A stretch of DNA of 64,000 nucleotides from Planctomycetota bacterium (GCA_965248575.1 CBDFJQ010000002.1:512001-576000); one strand, 5' to 3'; counted from the stretch's first letter, positions 9,899 through 20,181 are shown. Numbers and translations are program-made. Notes: generated by a model from the letters alone, not told the origin.

Positions 9899-10501
9899 AT
9901 GCCCTACTCCGAGAAACTCCAGCAAGCCGTCTCCCTGGCCTTGGATCTGCACAGCGGGCAGACCCGCAAGGGCGAGGGCGACATCCCGTATGTGACCCAT
10001 CTGTTTGCCGTGGCGTCCTTGGTGGGGGAACACGGGGGCGGCGAGGCGGAGATGATAGCCGCCCTGTTGCACGACGCACCGGAGGACCAGGGCGGCCACG
10101 CGACCCTGGAGCTGATCCGGAAACAGTTCGGGCAGGAAGTGGCGGAGATCGTGGCGGGCTGCACCGACACCTTCGACGACCCCAAGCCCCCCTGGCGCCC
10201 GCGCAAGCAGGCCTTCATCGACCAGATGGAGACCCAGAGCCGGGCGGTCCACCGGGTGTCTTGCGCGGACAAGCTGCACAACGCCCGCTGTACCCTCTCC
10301 GACCTCCGTGAAGAGGGGGCCGGGATCTGGGAGCGCTTCAGCGGAAAGCGCGACGAAACCCTCTGGTATTACAAGAGCCTGATCGCTGTCTACGACCGTC
10401 ACTTCGACTCGCCCCTGGTGCGGGCCCTGGCTGAGGTGGTGCACGACCTGGAGGCCGAGGCGGAGTACCGCAGCCTGCGGGAGCAGCGCAGGGGCTCTTG
10501 A
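9899..10501 (+). CDS. HD-domain phosphohydrolase (Mesh1/small alarmone hydrolase-like)
   Basis: H.GQTRKG...PYVTHL, ALLHDAPED and ADKLHN motifs. ATG at 9899 preferred over TTG at 9887. Confidence 0.85.
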   Translation: MPYSEKLQQAVSLALDLHSGQTRKGEGDIPYVTHLFAVASLVGEHGGGEAEMIAALLHDAPEDQGGHATLELIRKQFGQEVAEIVAGCTDTFDDPKPPWRPRKQAFIDQMETQSRAVHRVSCADKLHNARCTLSDLREEGAGIWERFSGKRDETLWYYKSLIAVYDRHFDSPLVRALAEVVHDLEAEAEYRSLREQRRGS

Positions 10502-10601
10502 GGGCAAGCGGGACGAGACGGCAGCGCGGCCGCAGGGGATGGGCCGCGCCGGGTGGTATCGTGCGCCGCAGCAGGTCACGCGCTCCCCTTTGAGGCTCCC
10601 G

Positions 10602-12002
10602 GTGCTTCGAACCCTTGGTCTGGCTCTCTTGGCAGCAGCTCTCTTTCCAAGCTGCAAGTCGGTGGATTCCCAGCGGCTGGGGGGCGATGTCCTGCGGGAG
10701 GGCCCTGGAGTCTTGAGCGAATCCAACGCCCCCGCATGGCGTGCCTACATTCTTCCCGATGCGGCGGACATGGCCTACGCGTCGATCCCCTGGCACGTCA
10801 CCTTCGCCGACGGCCTGACTGCCGCTCGTGCCGAAGGCAAGCCGCTGCTCATGTGGGCCATGAACGGCCACCCCCTGGGGTGCACCTGAGGCAATGGTGT
10901 CGCGGGCCGGCGGTCTGTCTGGTCCAACGAAGACATTCAGCAGCTGACCCAAGCCTTCGTGCCCTGCGCTGACGAGGTCTGGCGCCTGCAGCGGGGTGAT
11001 GACGCGGAATGCCTGGCGTTCCGGGCCATGGCTGACAAGGGGCACTACCGCGGTAAGGGCGGCACGCGCCAAGGAATCTATGTGGCCTCGCCGGACGGAG
11101 AGTTGTTGGCTTCGGTCAACTCCCTGAACGCCGAGCGGGTGCTGGAGATGATGCACGCGGGTCTGGAAGCCTGGACAGCCCTGGAAGCCAAGGAAGCCCA
11201 AACTGAGAACTCGAGTGACGGCCCAGGCGCAGGAATCATCTCGCCTGCACACCGTTGGGAGATGAGCTACCCGGAGTCGGGGCTCGCCCTCGTGAGCCGC
11301 CTGCGAGATGTCCCGGAGAGCCTGGACCCGACGGAGCCTCAGGCGCCGAAATGGAATCAGGATCACGCATGGTTCAGCCAGGACGAGGCTCGCCAGCTCA
11401 TGCTCGCCCGCCAGTCCGTGTCGGACGCGCGCAGCCCCCGGGTGGGAGAGGCGTGGCGGCTGCCCTCCTTCTTTGTCGAGCGCCTGGCACGCTTCCACCT
11501 GTTGGACGCGGTGGTCGGGCAGGGACTCCCCTATGCGCCGAAGGAGATGGTGCTGAGTGAGCTGTGGGTGGAGGTGGTGTCCCTGCAGGACGGCCAGGTG
11601 AGCCTGCGACTGAGCGGCCGCAGCCGCGCGGATGCCGACGGTGTGTGGCGTCTCGGAGAAAACGACTGGACGCCCAAGCGGCCTTGGCCCAGGGGTATCG
11701 AGTGGGAGCTGCTGGGCCACGCCCGCTGGGATCCCACCGCGCAGCTGTTCACGCAGTTCGAGCTGTTGGGCCTGGCGGAGTGGTGGGGGCGCTCTCAGTT
11801 CAACGGACGGCGCGGGGAGGACCCGCGCGGGAGGATCGGTGCCGTGGTGTCCTTGGCGCCTGACCTGCCAGCGCACCGCGTGGCTCCGGCATTCGTCGAT
11901 CTCTACGAGGTTCCGTGGGTCTCCAAGCCAGCCGCACAGCAAGCGGACGCTGCGAACGGGATGGGGACCCGCGCAGACCAGGGAGCAACTCACGATGGGT
12001 GA
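10602..12002 (+). CDS. Probable selenoprotein: SelN-like thioredoxin-fold exported protein with Sec at TGA 10887-10889
   Basis: ORFs 10539-10889 and 10959-12002 share a frame and are separated only by TGA, reading ...GKPLLMWAMNGHPLGCT-U-GNGVAGRRSVWSNEDIQQLTQAFVPCADEV. A hairpin follows the TGA. Hydrophobic signal ending in FPSC. Start uncertain (10539, 10590 or 10602). Confidence 0.78.
10904..10925 (+). promoter_or_regulatory. Putative bacterial SECIS element
   Basis: GGGCCGG (10904-10910) pairs with CTGGTCC (10919-10925), including two G-U pairs. The apical part GCGGTCTGT resembles the E. coli fdhF SECIS (GCAGGTCTGC). Loop lies about +23 to +27 from the UGA. Confidence 0.65.
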
Positions 12003-12399
12003 GACGTCCTACACGTGGAAGGCGGACAGCTGGTTTGGGCCGCTGTTCGGCTGCACGCTCTGGATCCTGATCCTCTCCGTCCAGGTCTGGGGCCGGGACG
12101 CCCTGGCTGGCGCAGGGGTCCTGCTCGCCTTCGTGCTGGCGAACACCCTGGGTCTCATGCTGTGGACGAAGCGTGAGGGATTGCGGGCCCACGCGGCCTT
12201 GCAATGGCAGCTGGGCGTGACCGGGCTCCTGGCGCTGGCTGCGCTGCTCTTGGTCGACCAACGGGTGGAGTTGGATCAGCCGAACGGCGTGCTCGGGACC
12301 TTCGCCAGCGGCACCCTCATGTACCTGGCCCTGTTGGTCTACCCCCTCCTGATGCTGGTGTTCTGGATCAGGGAACGGGCAGCGCAGCGCGCGGATTAG
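11995..12399 (+). CDS. Hypothetical membrane protein (about 4 TM)
   Basis: ATG at 11995 overlaps the upstream stop and follows GGGAG; 134 aa with four hydrophobic segments. Confidence 0.65.
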   Translation: MGETSYTWKADSWFGPLFGCTLWILILSVQVWGRDALAGAGVLLAFVLANTLGLMLWTKREGLRAHAALQWQLGVTGLLALAALLLVDQRVELDQPNGVLGTFASGTLMYLALLVYPLLMLVFWIRERAAQRAD

Positions 12400-12524
12400 G
12401 CCGTTTTCGCCCGTTTGGCCCTCAGCCGCCAGAGAGCACCGGTCTGAGCCGGTTATTGCGTCCCTTGAACGGTTGACCGCACTGCGGCCACAATGCCCCG
12501 TTCGACTTCGTCCGGAGGCCACCC

Positions 12525-13856
12525 TTGTCCGCCAGTTCCATCGACCAGATCGTCAGCCTCGCCAAGCGCCGGGGTTTCGTCTTCCAGGCCAGCGAGATCT
12601 ACGGGGGCCTGGGCTCTTGTTGGGACTACGGGCCGCTAGGAGCCGAACTCAAGCGCAATGTGAAGGACGCCTGGTGGCGCTCCATGGTCTCCACACGGCG
12701 CGATGTGGAGGGGCTGGATTCGGCCATCCTCCAGCATCCGGACGTCTGGAAGGCCTCGGGCCACGTGGACACCTTTTCGGACCCCCTGGTGGACTGTCGC
12801 AAGTGCAAGGCGCGCTTTCGGGCCGATGACCTGGACGGAGCCACCTGCCCGGCGCGGCACAACGCCGCCTTGAACGATGAATGCCGCGAGAACTTCACCG
12901 AGCCGCGCGCCTTCAACCTGATGTTCCAGACACACCTCGGCCCCGTCGAGGGCTCGGCGAGCCTGGCCTACCTGCGGCCCGAGACGGCCCAGGGCATCTT
13001 CACGAACTTCCTGAACGTGATGACCAGCAGCCGCCGCAAGCCGCCCTTCGGCATCGCGCAGATCGGCAAGTCCTTCCGCAACGAGATCACGCCCGGGAAC
13101 TTCATCTTCCGGACCCGCGAGTTCGAGCAGATGGAGATGGAATTCTTCGTGCCGCCGGACGAGTGGGAGACCTGGTACAGCTACTGGCGCGAAGCCCGCA
13201 TGCAGTGGTACCTCGACCTGGGCATGAACGCGGCCAACCTGCGCTACAGGGATCACGACGGAGCGGAGCTGGCTCACTACGCCAAGGCGACCGCCGACAT
13301 CGAATACAAGCTGCCCATCGGCTGGAAGGAACTCGAGGGCGTCGCCTGTCGTTCCGATTTCGACCTGAAGGCTCACGCCGAAGCCTCCGGCAAGACCATC
13401 GAGTACTTCGACGGCCAGACGCGCGAGCGCTATGTGCCGTGGGTCATCGAGCCTGCAGCAGGAGTCGACCGCGCCGTGCTCTGCTTCCTCGTGGATGCCT
13501 TTGAAGAAGAGGAACTGGACGGGGACACGCGCACCGTGTTGCGCCTGCACCCGCGTCTGGCGCCCATCAAGGTGGCGATCTTCCCGCTCGTGAAGAAGGA
13601 CGGCATGCCCGAGTTGGCGATGGAGATCGAAGACAGCCTCCGTGCGCGCGGCATCGCAACCTTCTACGACCAGGGTGGCGCCATCGGGCGTCGCTATCGG
13701 CGACAGGACGAGGTGGGGACACCGTGGTGCATCACTGTTGATGGTGAGACGCAGGAACACGGCACGGTGACCTTGCGCGATCGCGACTCCATGCAGCAGG
13801 AGCGGGTGGCGGTGGCGGACCTGCCGAGCCTGATCACGGAGAGGCTCCAGGGCTGA
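12525..13856 (+). CDS. glyQS: Glycine--tRNA ligase (alpha2 type)
   Basis: EIYGG...WDYGPLG, LRPETAQGIF, GKSFRNEITPGNFIFRTREFEQME, IGRRYRRQDEVGTP; GGAGG before the TTG start. Confidence 0.97.
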   Translation: MSASSIDQIVSLAKRRGFVFQASEIYGGLGSCWDYGPLGAELKRNVKDAWWRSMVSTRRDVEGLDSAILQHPDVWKASGHVDTFSDPLVDCRKCKARFRADDLDGATCPARHNAALNDECRENFTEPRAFNLMFQTHLGPVEGSASLAYLRPETAQGIFTNFLNVMTSSRRKPPFGIAQIGKSFRNEITPGNFIFRTREFEQMEMEFFVPPDEWETWYSYWREARMQWYLDLGMNAANLRYRDHDGAELAHYAKATADIEYKLPIGWKELEGVACRSDFDLKAHAEASGKTIEYFDGQTRERYVPWVIEPAAGVDRAVLCFLVDAFEEEELDGDTRTVLRLHPRLAPIKVAIFPLVKKDGMPELAMEIEDSLRARGIATFYDQGGAIGRRYRRQDEVGTPWCITVDGETQEHGTVTLRDRDSMQQERVAVADLPSLITERLQG

Positions 13857-13860
13857 TCTC

Positions 13861-15726
13861 TTGAGCGCAGACCTCCCAAAGATTCCAAGCAGTGCGCCCA
13901 GCAGTGTGCCTCCGGGCGCCTCAGGCACGTCGGGCACCGGTGGCGCGGGACGGATCGTGGTCACGGGTCTGCCTGTGGCTCCCGGTCTGGCCGTGGGCAC
14001 CCCCGTCTTCCATGACGAGGCGGACATCGACATCCCGGTCATCGCCTTGTCGGCCGAGGATGTGCCTGCCGAGCAGCGCCGCCTGGCGTCCGCCATTCGC
14101 ATGGCCAAGAAGGCCCTGGCGGATGTGGAGCACAGCATCGAGCGCGAGGTGGGGCGCCGGGACGCGCGCATCTTCTCGGTGCAAGGGCTGTTGTTGGACG
14201 ATCCCGCCTTTCGCAAGGCCATCCGCGAGCGCATCGCCAGCCAGCTGGTGAATGCCGAGGTAGCGGTGCGCGATGCCGTGGCCTCCTGGAGCGCGCGCCT
14301 TGCGGGTGTGGGCACGACGGCCGACCGCGACCCCGTGGCGGATCTGCGCGATGTGGGGCGGCAGCTGTTGCGGATCCTGGCGGGGCGCCCGGGTCCCGGC
14401 GCGGCGTCCGCGGTGGACGCCGCGGGGGCGGACGGCAGCAAGGTCGTGCTCGTCACGCGTGAGCTCTTGCCCTCGGATACAGCCACCCTGGATCGGCGAC
14501 GCCTGGCGGCGATCGTCACGGCGTCCGGAGGCGCGGCTTCGCACGCGGCGATCCTGGCACGTGGGCTGGGCATTCCCGCCGTCACGGACGTCGACGTGAG
14601 TTCGTTGCCTGCGTGCGGCGGCCCATGGATCGTCGATGGCGGGGAGGGGCGGGTGATCCTGAACCCCCAGGCCGAGGACCTCGCCCTGGCGGCACGCCAA
14701 TCTCAGCATTACCACGAAGTCCGCGAGGAGTTGGCAGCACGGGCCAGCGGCATGGTGCGCACCGCGGACGGTGTCGCCATCGAGCTGATGCTCAACGTGG
14801 AGAACTTCGACAGCGTGCACCCGGAGATGCTCTCCGGTCTACGTGGGGTGGGACTGTTCCGGACCGAATTCCTGTTCATGGATCGCACGTCCTTCCCCAG
14901 CGAGCAAGAGCAGTACGAGGACTATGTGGCGGCCCTGTCGCAGGTGGGTGACGCCGAGATCACCTTCCGCACCATCGATGTCGGTGGTGACAAGCCGCTG
15001 CCCTACTTCTCGCTGCCCACGGAACCCAACCCCGTCCTCGGCTGGCGTGGCCTGCGCTTGTCCCTGCAGTGGCCGGACATCTTCTACACCCAGATCCGGG
15101 CCCTGCTCAGGGCGTCGGCCCACGGTCGGGTGCGCATCCTGCTGCCCATGGTCACCATGATCGAGGAGTTCCGCAGGGCGCGCACCATGATCTCGCAGAT
15201 CCAGTCCGACATGACTGCTCACGGTCTGCCCTTCGACAAGGGTGTGCAGGTGGGGGCCATGGTCGAGGTGCCCGCTGCTGCCATGGCCGCGCGTTCCCTG
15301 GGCGAGGAAGCGGATTTCCTTTCGTTGGGTACCAACGACCTCTCCCAGTACGCCCTGGCCGTCGACCGTAACAACGCTCGGGTGGCGTCCCTCTATCAAC
15401 CCCTGCATCCAGGCATGGTGCAGTTGGTGAGGCAGGCTGTGGAAGGTGCGGCTCAAGCCGAGAGCCATCTGTCCGTCTGTGGAGAGATGGCGGGGGACCC
15501 CGACTCCGTCTTGCTGTTGCTCGGGCTCGGAGTGCGCTCGTTGAGCATGTCGCCCTACCACCTGCCCCTGGTTCGGCGGCTGCTGGGTGCGGTCACCCTC
15601 GACGAGGCGCGAATCGTCGCCGCTCAGGTTCTCGAACTGAACACTACCACCGAGATCCGCGCGGCGCTCCGGGGTCATGTGCTGCGCCTCGTTCCCGAGT
15701 TCTCCACGTTGCTGGCGCCGGTTTGA
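13861..15726 (+). CDS. ptsI: Phosphoenolpyruvate-protein phosphotransferase (PTS enzyme I, no GAF domain)
   Basis: SHAAILARGLGIP (phospho-His), GLFRTEFLF, RTIDVGGDK, EPNPVLGWRG, SLGTNDLSQY, VCGEMAGDP. Start approximate. Confidence 0.9.
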   Translation: MSADLPKIPSSAPSSVPPGASGTSGTGGAGRIVVTGLPVAPGLAVGTPVFHDEADIDIPVIALSAEDVPAEQRRLASAIRMAKKALADVEHSIEREVGRRDARIFSVQGLLLDDPAFRKAIRERIASQLVNAEVAVRDAVASWSARLAGVGTTADRDPVADLRDVGRQLLRILAGRPGPGAASAVDAAGADGSKVVLVTRELLPSDTATLDRRRLAAIVTASGGAASHAAILARGLGIPAVTDVDVSSLPACGGPWIVDGGEGRVILNPQAEDLALAARQSQHYHEVREELAARASGMVRTADGVAIELMLNVENFDSVHPEMLSGLRGVGLFRTEFLFMDRTSFPSEQEQYEDYVAALSQVGDAEITFRTIDVGGDKPLPYFSLPTEPNPVLGWRGLRLSLQWPDIFYTQIRALLRASAHGRVRILLPMVTMIEEFRRARTMISQIQSDMTAHGLPFDKGVQVGAMVEVPAAAMAARSLGEEADFLSLGTNDLSQYALAVDRNNARVASLYQPLHPGMVQLVRQAVEGAAQAESHLSVCGEMAGDPDSVLLLLGLGVRSLSMSPYHLPLVRRLLGAVTLDEARIVAAQVLELNTTTEIRAALRGHVLRLVPEFSTLLAPV

Positions 15727-16112
15727 AGCTGGGCCACCGACTGCTGCTGCAGGGCACCCTGCTGGCGGCCGGCCTGACGACCGCGTGTACGAGTTGTCCA
15801 CCCAGTTGGGTCGCGCACACGCCGTCCGCGCCCGGCTGGATCTATGGGGCCGGCCAGTGTGCCGAGGTCTTCGTGGATGCCGATCGCACGGCCTTGGCCC
15901 TGAGCCGCGCAGCGCGAGTGCTGGCCGACGACCTGGGCCTTGCCCTCGAGCAGCGCTTGTCGGTGCGTTACCTGGACGGGCAGTTGTTCATCGAGGCCGT
16001 GGGCGAAGACGGTCCCGTGGATGCGCTTGCAGGGCTGGAGCTGGTCCACCTCACGACCTGTGAGGAGACGGTCTACGCGCTGCTACGACTGCCGAGCGAC
16101 GAGGGCGCTTGA
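15723..16112 (+). CDS. Hypothetical lipoprotein (LPP20-like)
   Basis: Signal ending LTTAC, then PSWV, YGAG, ALSRA and VYALL pattern; 4-nt overlap with the upstream gene. Confidence 0.5.
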   Translation: MKLGHRLLLQGTLLAAGLTTACTSCPPSWVAHTPSAPGWIYGAGQCAEVFVDADRTALALSRAARVLADDLGLALEQRLSVRYLDGQLFIEAVGEDGPVDALAGLELVHLTTCEETVYALLRLPSDEGA

Positions 16113-16477
16113 AGCGCGGCGCCCGCAGCATCCGCGGAGCGCTGGGCACCTATCTCTGGGTGTCTTCGGCGGCCGTCGTGCTTTTGGGGCTGGTGCTCTG
16201 GATGCGGCCGGGGCTGCCTCCTGAACTCACGGAGCTGCGCATGTCGGACGGTTGGGAAGGGGCGCTGCTCGAACAGGACGGGCAGAGTTGGGAGCTGCGG
16301 CCCGGGTCCCCTCAACGGGTCCCGCCTGGGCGCTATCGCGTGACCCTGTTCGGTGCAGGTGCACCACCGGTCCGTCAGCAGCTGGAAGTGCTCGGCGAGT
16401 TCCTGGAGGTGGGTCTGGTCACCGAGCGTGAGGCGGGTGCCGCTCCCGCATCAGGCGACTCAACCGTCGGTCGTTGA
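16109..16477 (+). CDS. Hypothetical single-pass membrane protein
   Basis: N-terminal TM followed by 'VPPGRYRVTL' beta segment; 4-nt overlap with the upstream gene. Confidence 0.5.
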   Translation: MKRGARSIRGALGTYLWVSSAAVVLLGLVLWMRPGLPPELTELRMSDGWEGALLEQDGQSWELRPGSPQRVPPGRYRVTLFGAGAPPVRQQLEVLGEFLEVGLVTEREAGAAPASGDSTVGR

Positions 16478-18421
16478 GACGGGGATCGCGCGTTCTTCCA
16501 GGAACAGGTCGAGCTCGAGGGTCTCGCCCGACTCGACGTTGATGTCCTGACGTGCTTCGAAGCGGAAGGCTTCGAAGAATGCCTTGGGGACAGCCGTGAT
16601 CTCGTACTCACCGGCTGGCACCGAATCGAAGCGGAAGGTGCCATCCATGTTCGCGGTGGTGCGCAGTCGTGCGGCCGCGCCGCTCAAGCTCACGGAGGCG
16701 CCGTTCAGGCCGGATCCGCGCGAGCTGGTGATCCTTCCAAGCACCGTGCCTCCCACCTCGCGGGTGAGGACGCCTACGTCGATGGCTTCACCATCCACGA
16801 GTTGCAGGTCGCGCACGTGCAGGTTGGGCATGCCGGGAGTCTTCACGGAGAGCACGTAGCTTCCCGCGGGCACATGGGCCAGTCGAAAGGCACCGGTCTT
16901 GCCGGTCTTGACCCGCAATCCGTGCACTGGCTTGGTCGGAAACGCAAAGTCGAGCGGGCCGTTGGGGTCCCACTCCCCATCGCGCAGTTCGACGACGGCG
17001 TTGGGTGTGGCCTTCGCCAGCTTGCCCGAGATGCTGCCCCCTGAGCGAAGGCGCACCGTGACGGGAACCTCCAGCACATCCTGCCCCAGGATCAGGTCCT
17101 GACTGCGAGTGGCTGCGTAGCCGGCAGCCTTGACCAGGAGCACATAGCTTCCGGAGCGCAGGCCGCCGAATTCGAAGCGGCCGCTGTCATCCAGCTCGAA
17201 CTCGCGATCCCGTCCAGCTTGCCCCAGGACCCGGGCCCCCGTGCGCGCATCGGGGGTGGCGGTGACGGTCACCTTGGGCGGCATGCCATCGGTCGCCAGG
17301 ACAGTGCCCACGACGGTGATGGCGTGTTGGGCTCGCAGCACCTGGTCCGTGCGCCCGGCGTCGAGCTTGATGGGCAGGGGCAGGTACCAGTCGTCGGAGG
17401 AGAAGCGCACGTCATAGCGCCCTTCCGCAAGGCCCTCGAAGAGGAAGACTCCCTGCTCGTCCGTGACGTGCTTGAGCATGTAGTACGCCTTGTTGTTGGG
17501 CACGCGGCGCACGAGCTCGATCGTCGCACCGGGCACCGCTTGTTCTTCTGGTCCCAGCACGACACCGCCGAGAGCGAAGCCGGAGCCTTCCAGCACGTAG
17601 TCCTGCTCGTAGGAACCGCTGGAGTTGTTGAGCATGAAGGCGATGGTCGACTGCAGGGGGGCATAGCCCTCGGCGTTGATGTCGACGGTGTACTGCCGTC
17701 GGCCGAGATGCTCGATGGTGTACTCGCCCAACGCATCGGTGATGCGCTCCGTGACCACCGTCGGCTCAGGGAGCCCCGCATCCGCCGTGGCGCGACCCAC
17801 GTCGGAGACCAGCAAGCGCGCGCCTTGGATCGCTCGCCCTTCGGGATCGAGAACCTTGCCGTAGAGGCTGAGGCCCTTGTCCAGGATGACGTCACCGAGG
17901 TCCAGCACCTGGCCCTCCTGAAGACGCACCGGCTCGACCATCGCTGGAGCGGCATCAATGTGGGAGACCTCCAGCGCCAGGGTTTCACCCAAGGGGAGCC
18001 CCACGAGGCGGAAGCGGCCGTCCTCTCCGCTGAGGGCCTGGATGTCCACCGGCAGGTACTGCAGCCACGCCGAACCGCCTCCGACCACGAAGCCCTGCAG
18101 CAGGGCTCCGGGCAGCGGGGCTCCACCCTTGACCACGATCCGCCCGACGACTTGGGCCGGGCTGCGCTGTCCTTCCGGGATGAGCTGAGCTTCCGGGTCC
18201 GGGTCGATCATCGGCAAAGCCGGCAGCTCGGCGGCGCGGGGGTCCGGGACCAGCGTGGGGACTCGCCCGTCGGCCGTGGGTGCTGCAAGCCCCTGCGGGT
18301 CTCTGGGCTGTCCCGTCTGGCCGGGGTCCCTGCCGTCCTGGAGCAGGAACAAGGCGGCCAGCAGCCCGAGCACGGTGAGCACGAGCAGGGCGAGCACGAG
18401 ACGGGAGGGGCCGGAGGACAT
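16460..18421 (-). CDS. Membrane-anchored carboxypeptidase-regulatory-like (transthyretin-like) repeat protein
   Basis: N-terminal TM and about six repeats of G.V...G.P..GA.V ... T(D)..G.F....L..G.Y. Confidence 0.8.
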   Translation of the reverse strand: MSSGPSRLVLALLVLTVLGLLAALFLLQDGRDPGQTGQPRDPQGLAAPTADGRVPTLVPDPRAAELPALPMIDPDPEAQLIPEGQRSPAQVVGRIVVKGGAPLPGALLQGFVVGGGSAWLQYLPVDIQALSGEDGRFRLVGLPLGETLALEVSHIDAAPAMVEPVRLQEGQVLDLGDVILDKGLSLYGKVLDPEGRAIQGARLLVSDVGRATADAGLPEPTVVTERITDALGEYTIEHLGRRQYTVDINAEGYAPLQSTIAFMLNNSSGSYEQDYVLEGSGFALGGVVLGPEEQAVPGATIELVRRVPNNKAYYMLKHVTDEQGVFLFEGLAEGRYDVRFSSDDWYLPLPIKLDAGRTDQVLRAQHAITVVGTVLATDGMPPKVTVTATPDARTGARVLGQAGRDREFELDDSGRFEFGGLRSGSYVLLVKAAGYAATRSQDLILGQDVLEVPVTVRLRSGGSISGKLAKATPNAVVELRDGEWDPNGPLDFAFPTKPVHGLRVKTGKTGAFRLAHVPAGSYVLSVKTPGMPNLHVRDLQLVDGEAIDVGVLTREVGGTVLGRITSSRGSGLNGASVSLSGAAARLRTTANMDGTFRFDSVPAGEYEITAVPKAFFEAFRFEARQDINVESGETLELDLFLEERAIPVSTTDG

Positions 18422-18582
18422 GGGCGCAGAGTCTACGGGGAGGGAGGGGGGTCTTCGACCCGCTGGCTTCGCAAGGGCTTCCCGCTTGGAAGCGACGGGA
18501 GCCAGGGAGCTCCGTTGAGGTTGCCAACCAGCTCAAATATGGCGTATCGATTTCTACTCATGTGTTGTGAGAGGCGGGGACG

Positions 18583-18606
18583 AGGGGGAAAGACCCCTTT
18601 TCCCCT
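18583..18606. promoter_or_regulatory. Stem-loop in the divergent intergenic region, just upstream of the TPR gene RBS
   Basis: AGGGGGAAAG-ACCC-CTTTTCCCCT: 10-bp stem with one G-U pair. Confidence 0.35.
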
Positions 18607-18621
18607 ACGGAGTCCATCGGC

Positions 18622-20181
18622 ATGGGATCCCGTCGCTTTGTCGTTTCGTCCGCCTTGATTGCCCTCTCTTTGAGTCCCCTGTGGGGGTGTTCGGCCCCGA
18701 CCCTGCAGGACGGTCCGGGGGATGGGCATCGTCTGGGACTTTCGAACGAGCAGGAGACGGAGCGGCCAGTGGACCGGCTGGCCAAGCGGCTGGTGGAGAT
18801 GGAGGCCAAGCAGGATTCCGACGCTCGGTCAGCCGCGAAGGCCCGCCAGCATCTTGCCCAGCTAGAGTTGCTGACTGAGGGAGCGACGGCGCTTTCGTCC
18901 GGGGACCCCGCCCTGGCTGCGGATCTGTTGGCGGCCTTCCTGGAGTTCGAACCAGACAACGGCATGGCGCTCTTCCTACGCGGCGTGGCCCTGCTCGACC
19001 TCGGGGCAACCGAGCAGGCGCAGGCGCTGTTGATCGCGGCGACGGAGGCCGAGCCCGAGGACGCGAGCAGCTTCGCTGTGCTGGCGCGCATCGAATTCGA
19101 GTTGGGTCATGGGCAGGCAGCCATCGCGGCGATCCGTCGCTCGACGGAGTTGGCGCCGGAAGTCGGACAACACTGGACGAGCCTGGGGTTGCTGCACTTC
19201 GAACAGGAACATTGGAACCAGGCCTACGACGCGCTGCTGCGTGCGGTCGAACTGGACGAGCAGGATGATGCAGCCCATCGCGCCCTGGGTCGGCTCTACC
19301 TGAACGTGGGCGAGCTTGCGCTTGCGGAGCGCGCCTTCAGGACGGCTTCGAGCCTGGTTCCGGACGATGCGAGCCTGCAGGTGGTGCTGGGGCATGTCTT
19401 GCGCGACCTGGATCGCCGCGAGGATTCGCTGCTCGCGTACCGCATGGCTCTGGAGCTTGAACAGGACAACCCCTGGACGCACGCCAACATGGCGTCGGTG
19501 CTGCTGGAGTTGGGGCGCCCGCATGAGGCTCGGCCACACTTCGAGCAGGCGCTCGCGCAGCTGGAAGGCGCAGGTCCTGACGGTGCCTTCGTGTTCTTGA
19601 ACTACGGCGGCATGCTGGAGGGCGTGGGCGATCTGGACGGCGCCCAGACCGCCTACGAATGGGCCATCGAGGAGGCACCAGGACTCGCCGTGGCCCATGA
19701 AGCGCTGGGTGAGCTGCACCTGAACCTGGGAGATCGCAAGGCAGCCCAGGAATCCCTGGCGCGCGCGGATGCGCTCGGGACGCTGAGACCTGAGACCTTG
19801 CTGGAGCTGACGTTCCTGTGGGAGGAAGGGCAGGACTGGGGGGCTGCAAAGCGCTGTGCTGGTCGTCTGCTGCAGGGCGTCGCGGACGACGAGCACATGG
19901 CGTTCCTGCGGGCCCGACTGCTGCTCCGCAGCCGGCATCCTGCGGTGCGGGATCCGGCGGCCGCCGTCGAACTCCTGCTGCCCCTGGTCACCGGGGCTTA
20001 TCAGAACCACCCCGCCAGTTGGGAGCTCCTGTGCGACGCCTTCACGACGATCGGCGAGGTCGAGGAAGCCATTGAAGCCCTCGACGGTGCGTTGAGAGCG
20101 CCCAATGTGGCGCAGGCCATGCGCACCCGGTTCGAGGCCCGGCGTGAACGCCTGCTGAGCCGCCTGCAGTCCGATCCCTGA
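18622..20181 (+). CDS. Tetratricopeptide repeat lipoprotein
   Basis: Lipobox LWGC; many TPR units such as LGLLHFEQEHWNQAYDALLRAVELD. Confidence 0.85.
   Translation: MGSRRFVVSSALIALSLSPLWGCSAPTLQDGPGDGHRLGLSNEQETERPVDRLAKRLVEMEAKQDSDARSAAKARQHLAQLELLTEGATALSSGDPALAADLLAAFLEFEPDNGMALFLRGVALLDLGATEQAQALLIAATEAEPEDASSFAVLARIEFELGHGQAAIAAIRRSTELAPEVGQHWTSLGLLHFEQEHWNQAYDALLRAVELDEQDDAAHRALGRLYLNVGELALAERAFRTASSLVPDDASLQVVLGHVLRDLDRREDSLLAYRMALELEQDNPWTHANMASVLLELGRPHEARPHFEQALAQLEGAGPDGAFVFLNYGGMLEGVGDLDGAQTAYEWAIEEAPGLAVAHEALGELHLNLGDRKAAQESLARADALGTLRPETLLELTFLWEEGQDWGAAKRCAGRLLQGVADDEHMAFLRARLLLRSRHPAVRDPAAAVELLLPLVTGAYQNHPASWELLCDAFTTIGEVEEAIEALDGALRAPNVAQAMRTRFEARRERLLSRLQSDP

Noticed and set aside
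10539..10889. Pseudogene or two separate genes
   Set aside because: The stop is a TGA at a redox-motif position with a SECIS-like hairpin and no other lesion, so Sec recoding is more parsimonious, though unproven.
12636..14585. Long antisense ORFs (e.g. 649 aa here, 551 aa at 10338-11993, 653 aa at 59182-61143)
   Set aside because: Shadow frames of well-supported high-GC genes, with no recognisable motifs.
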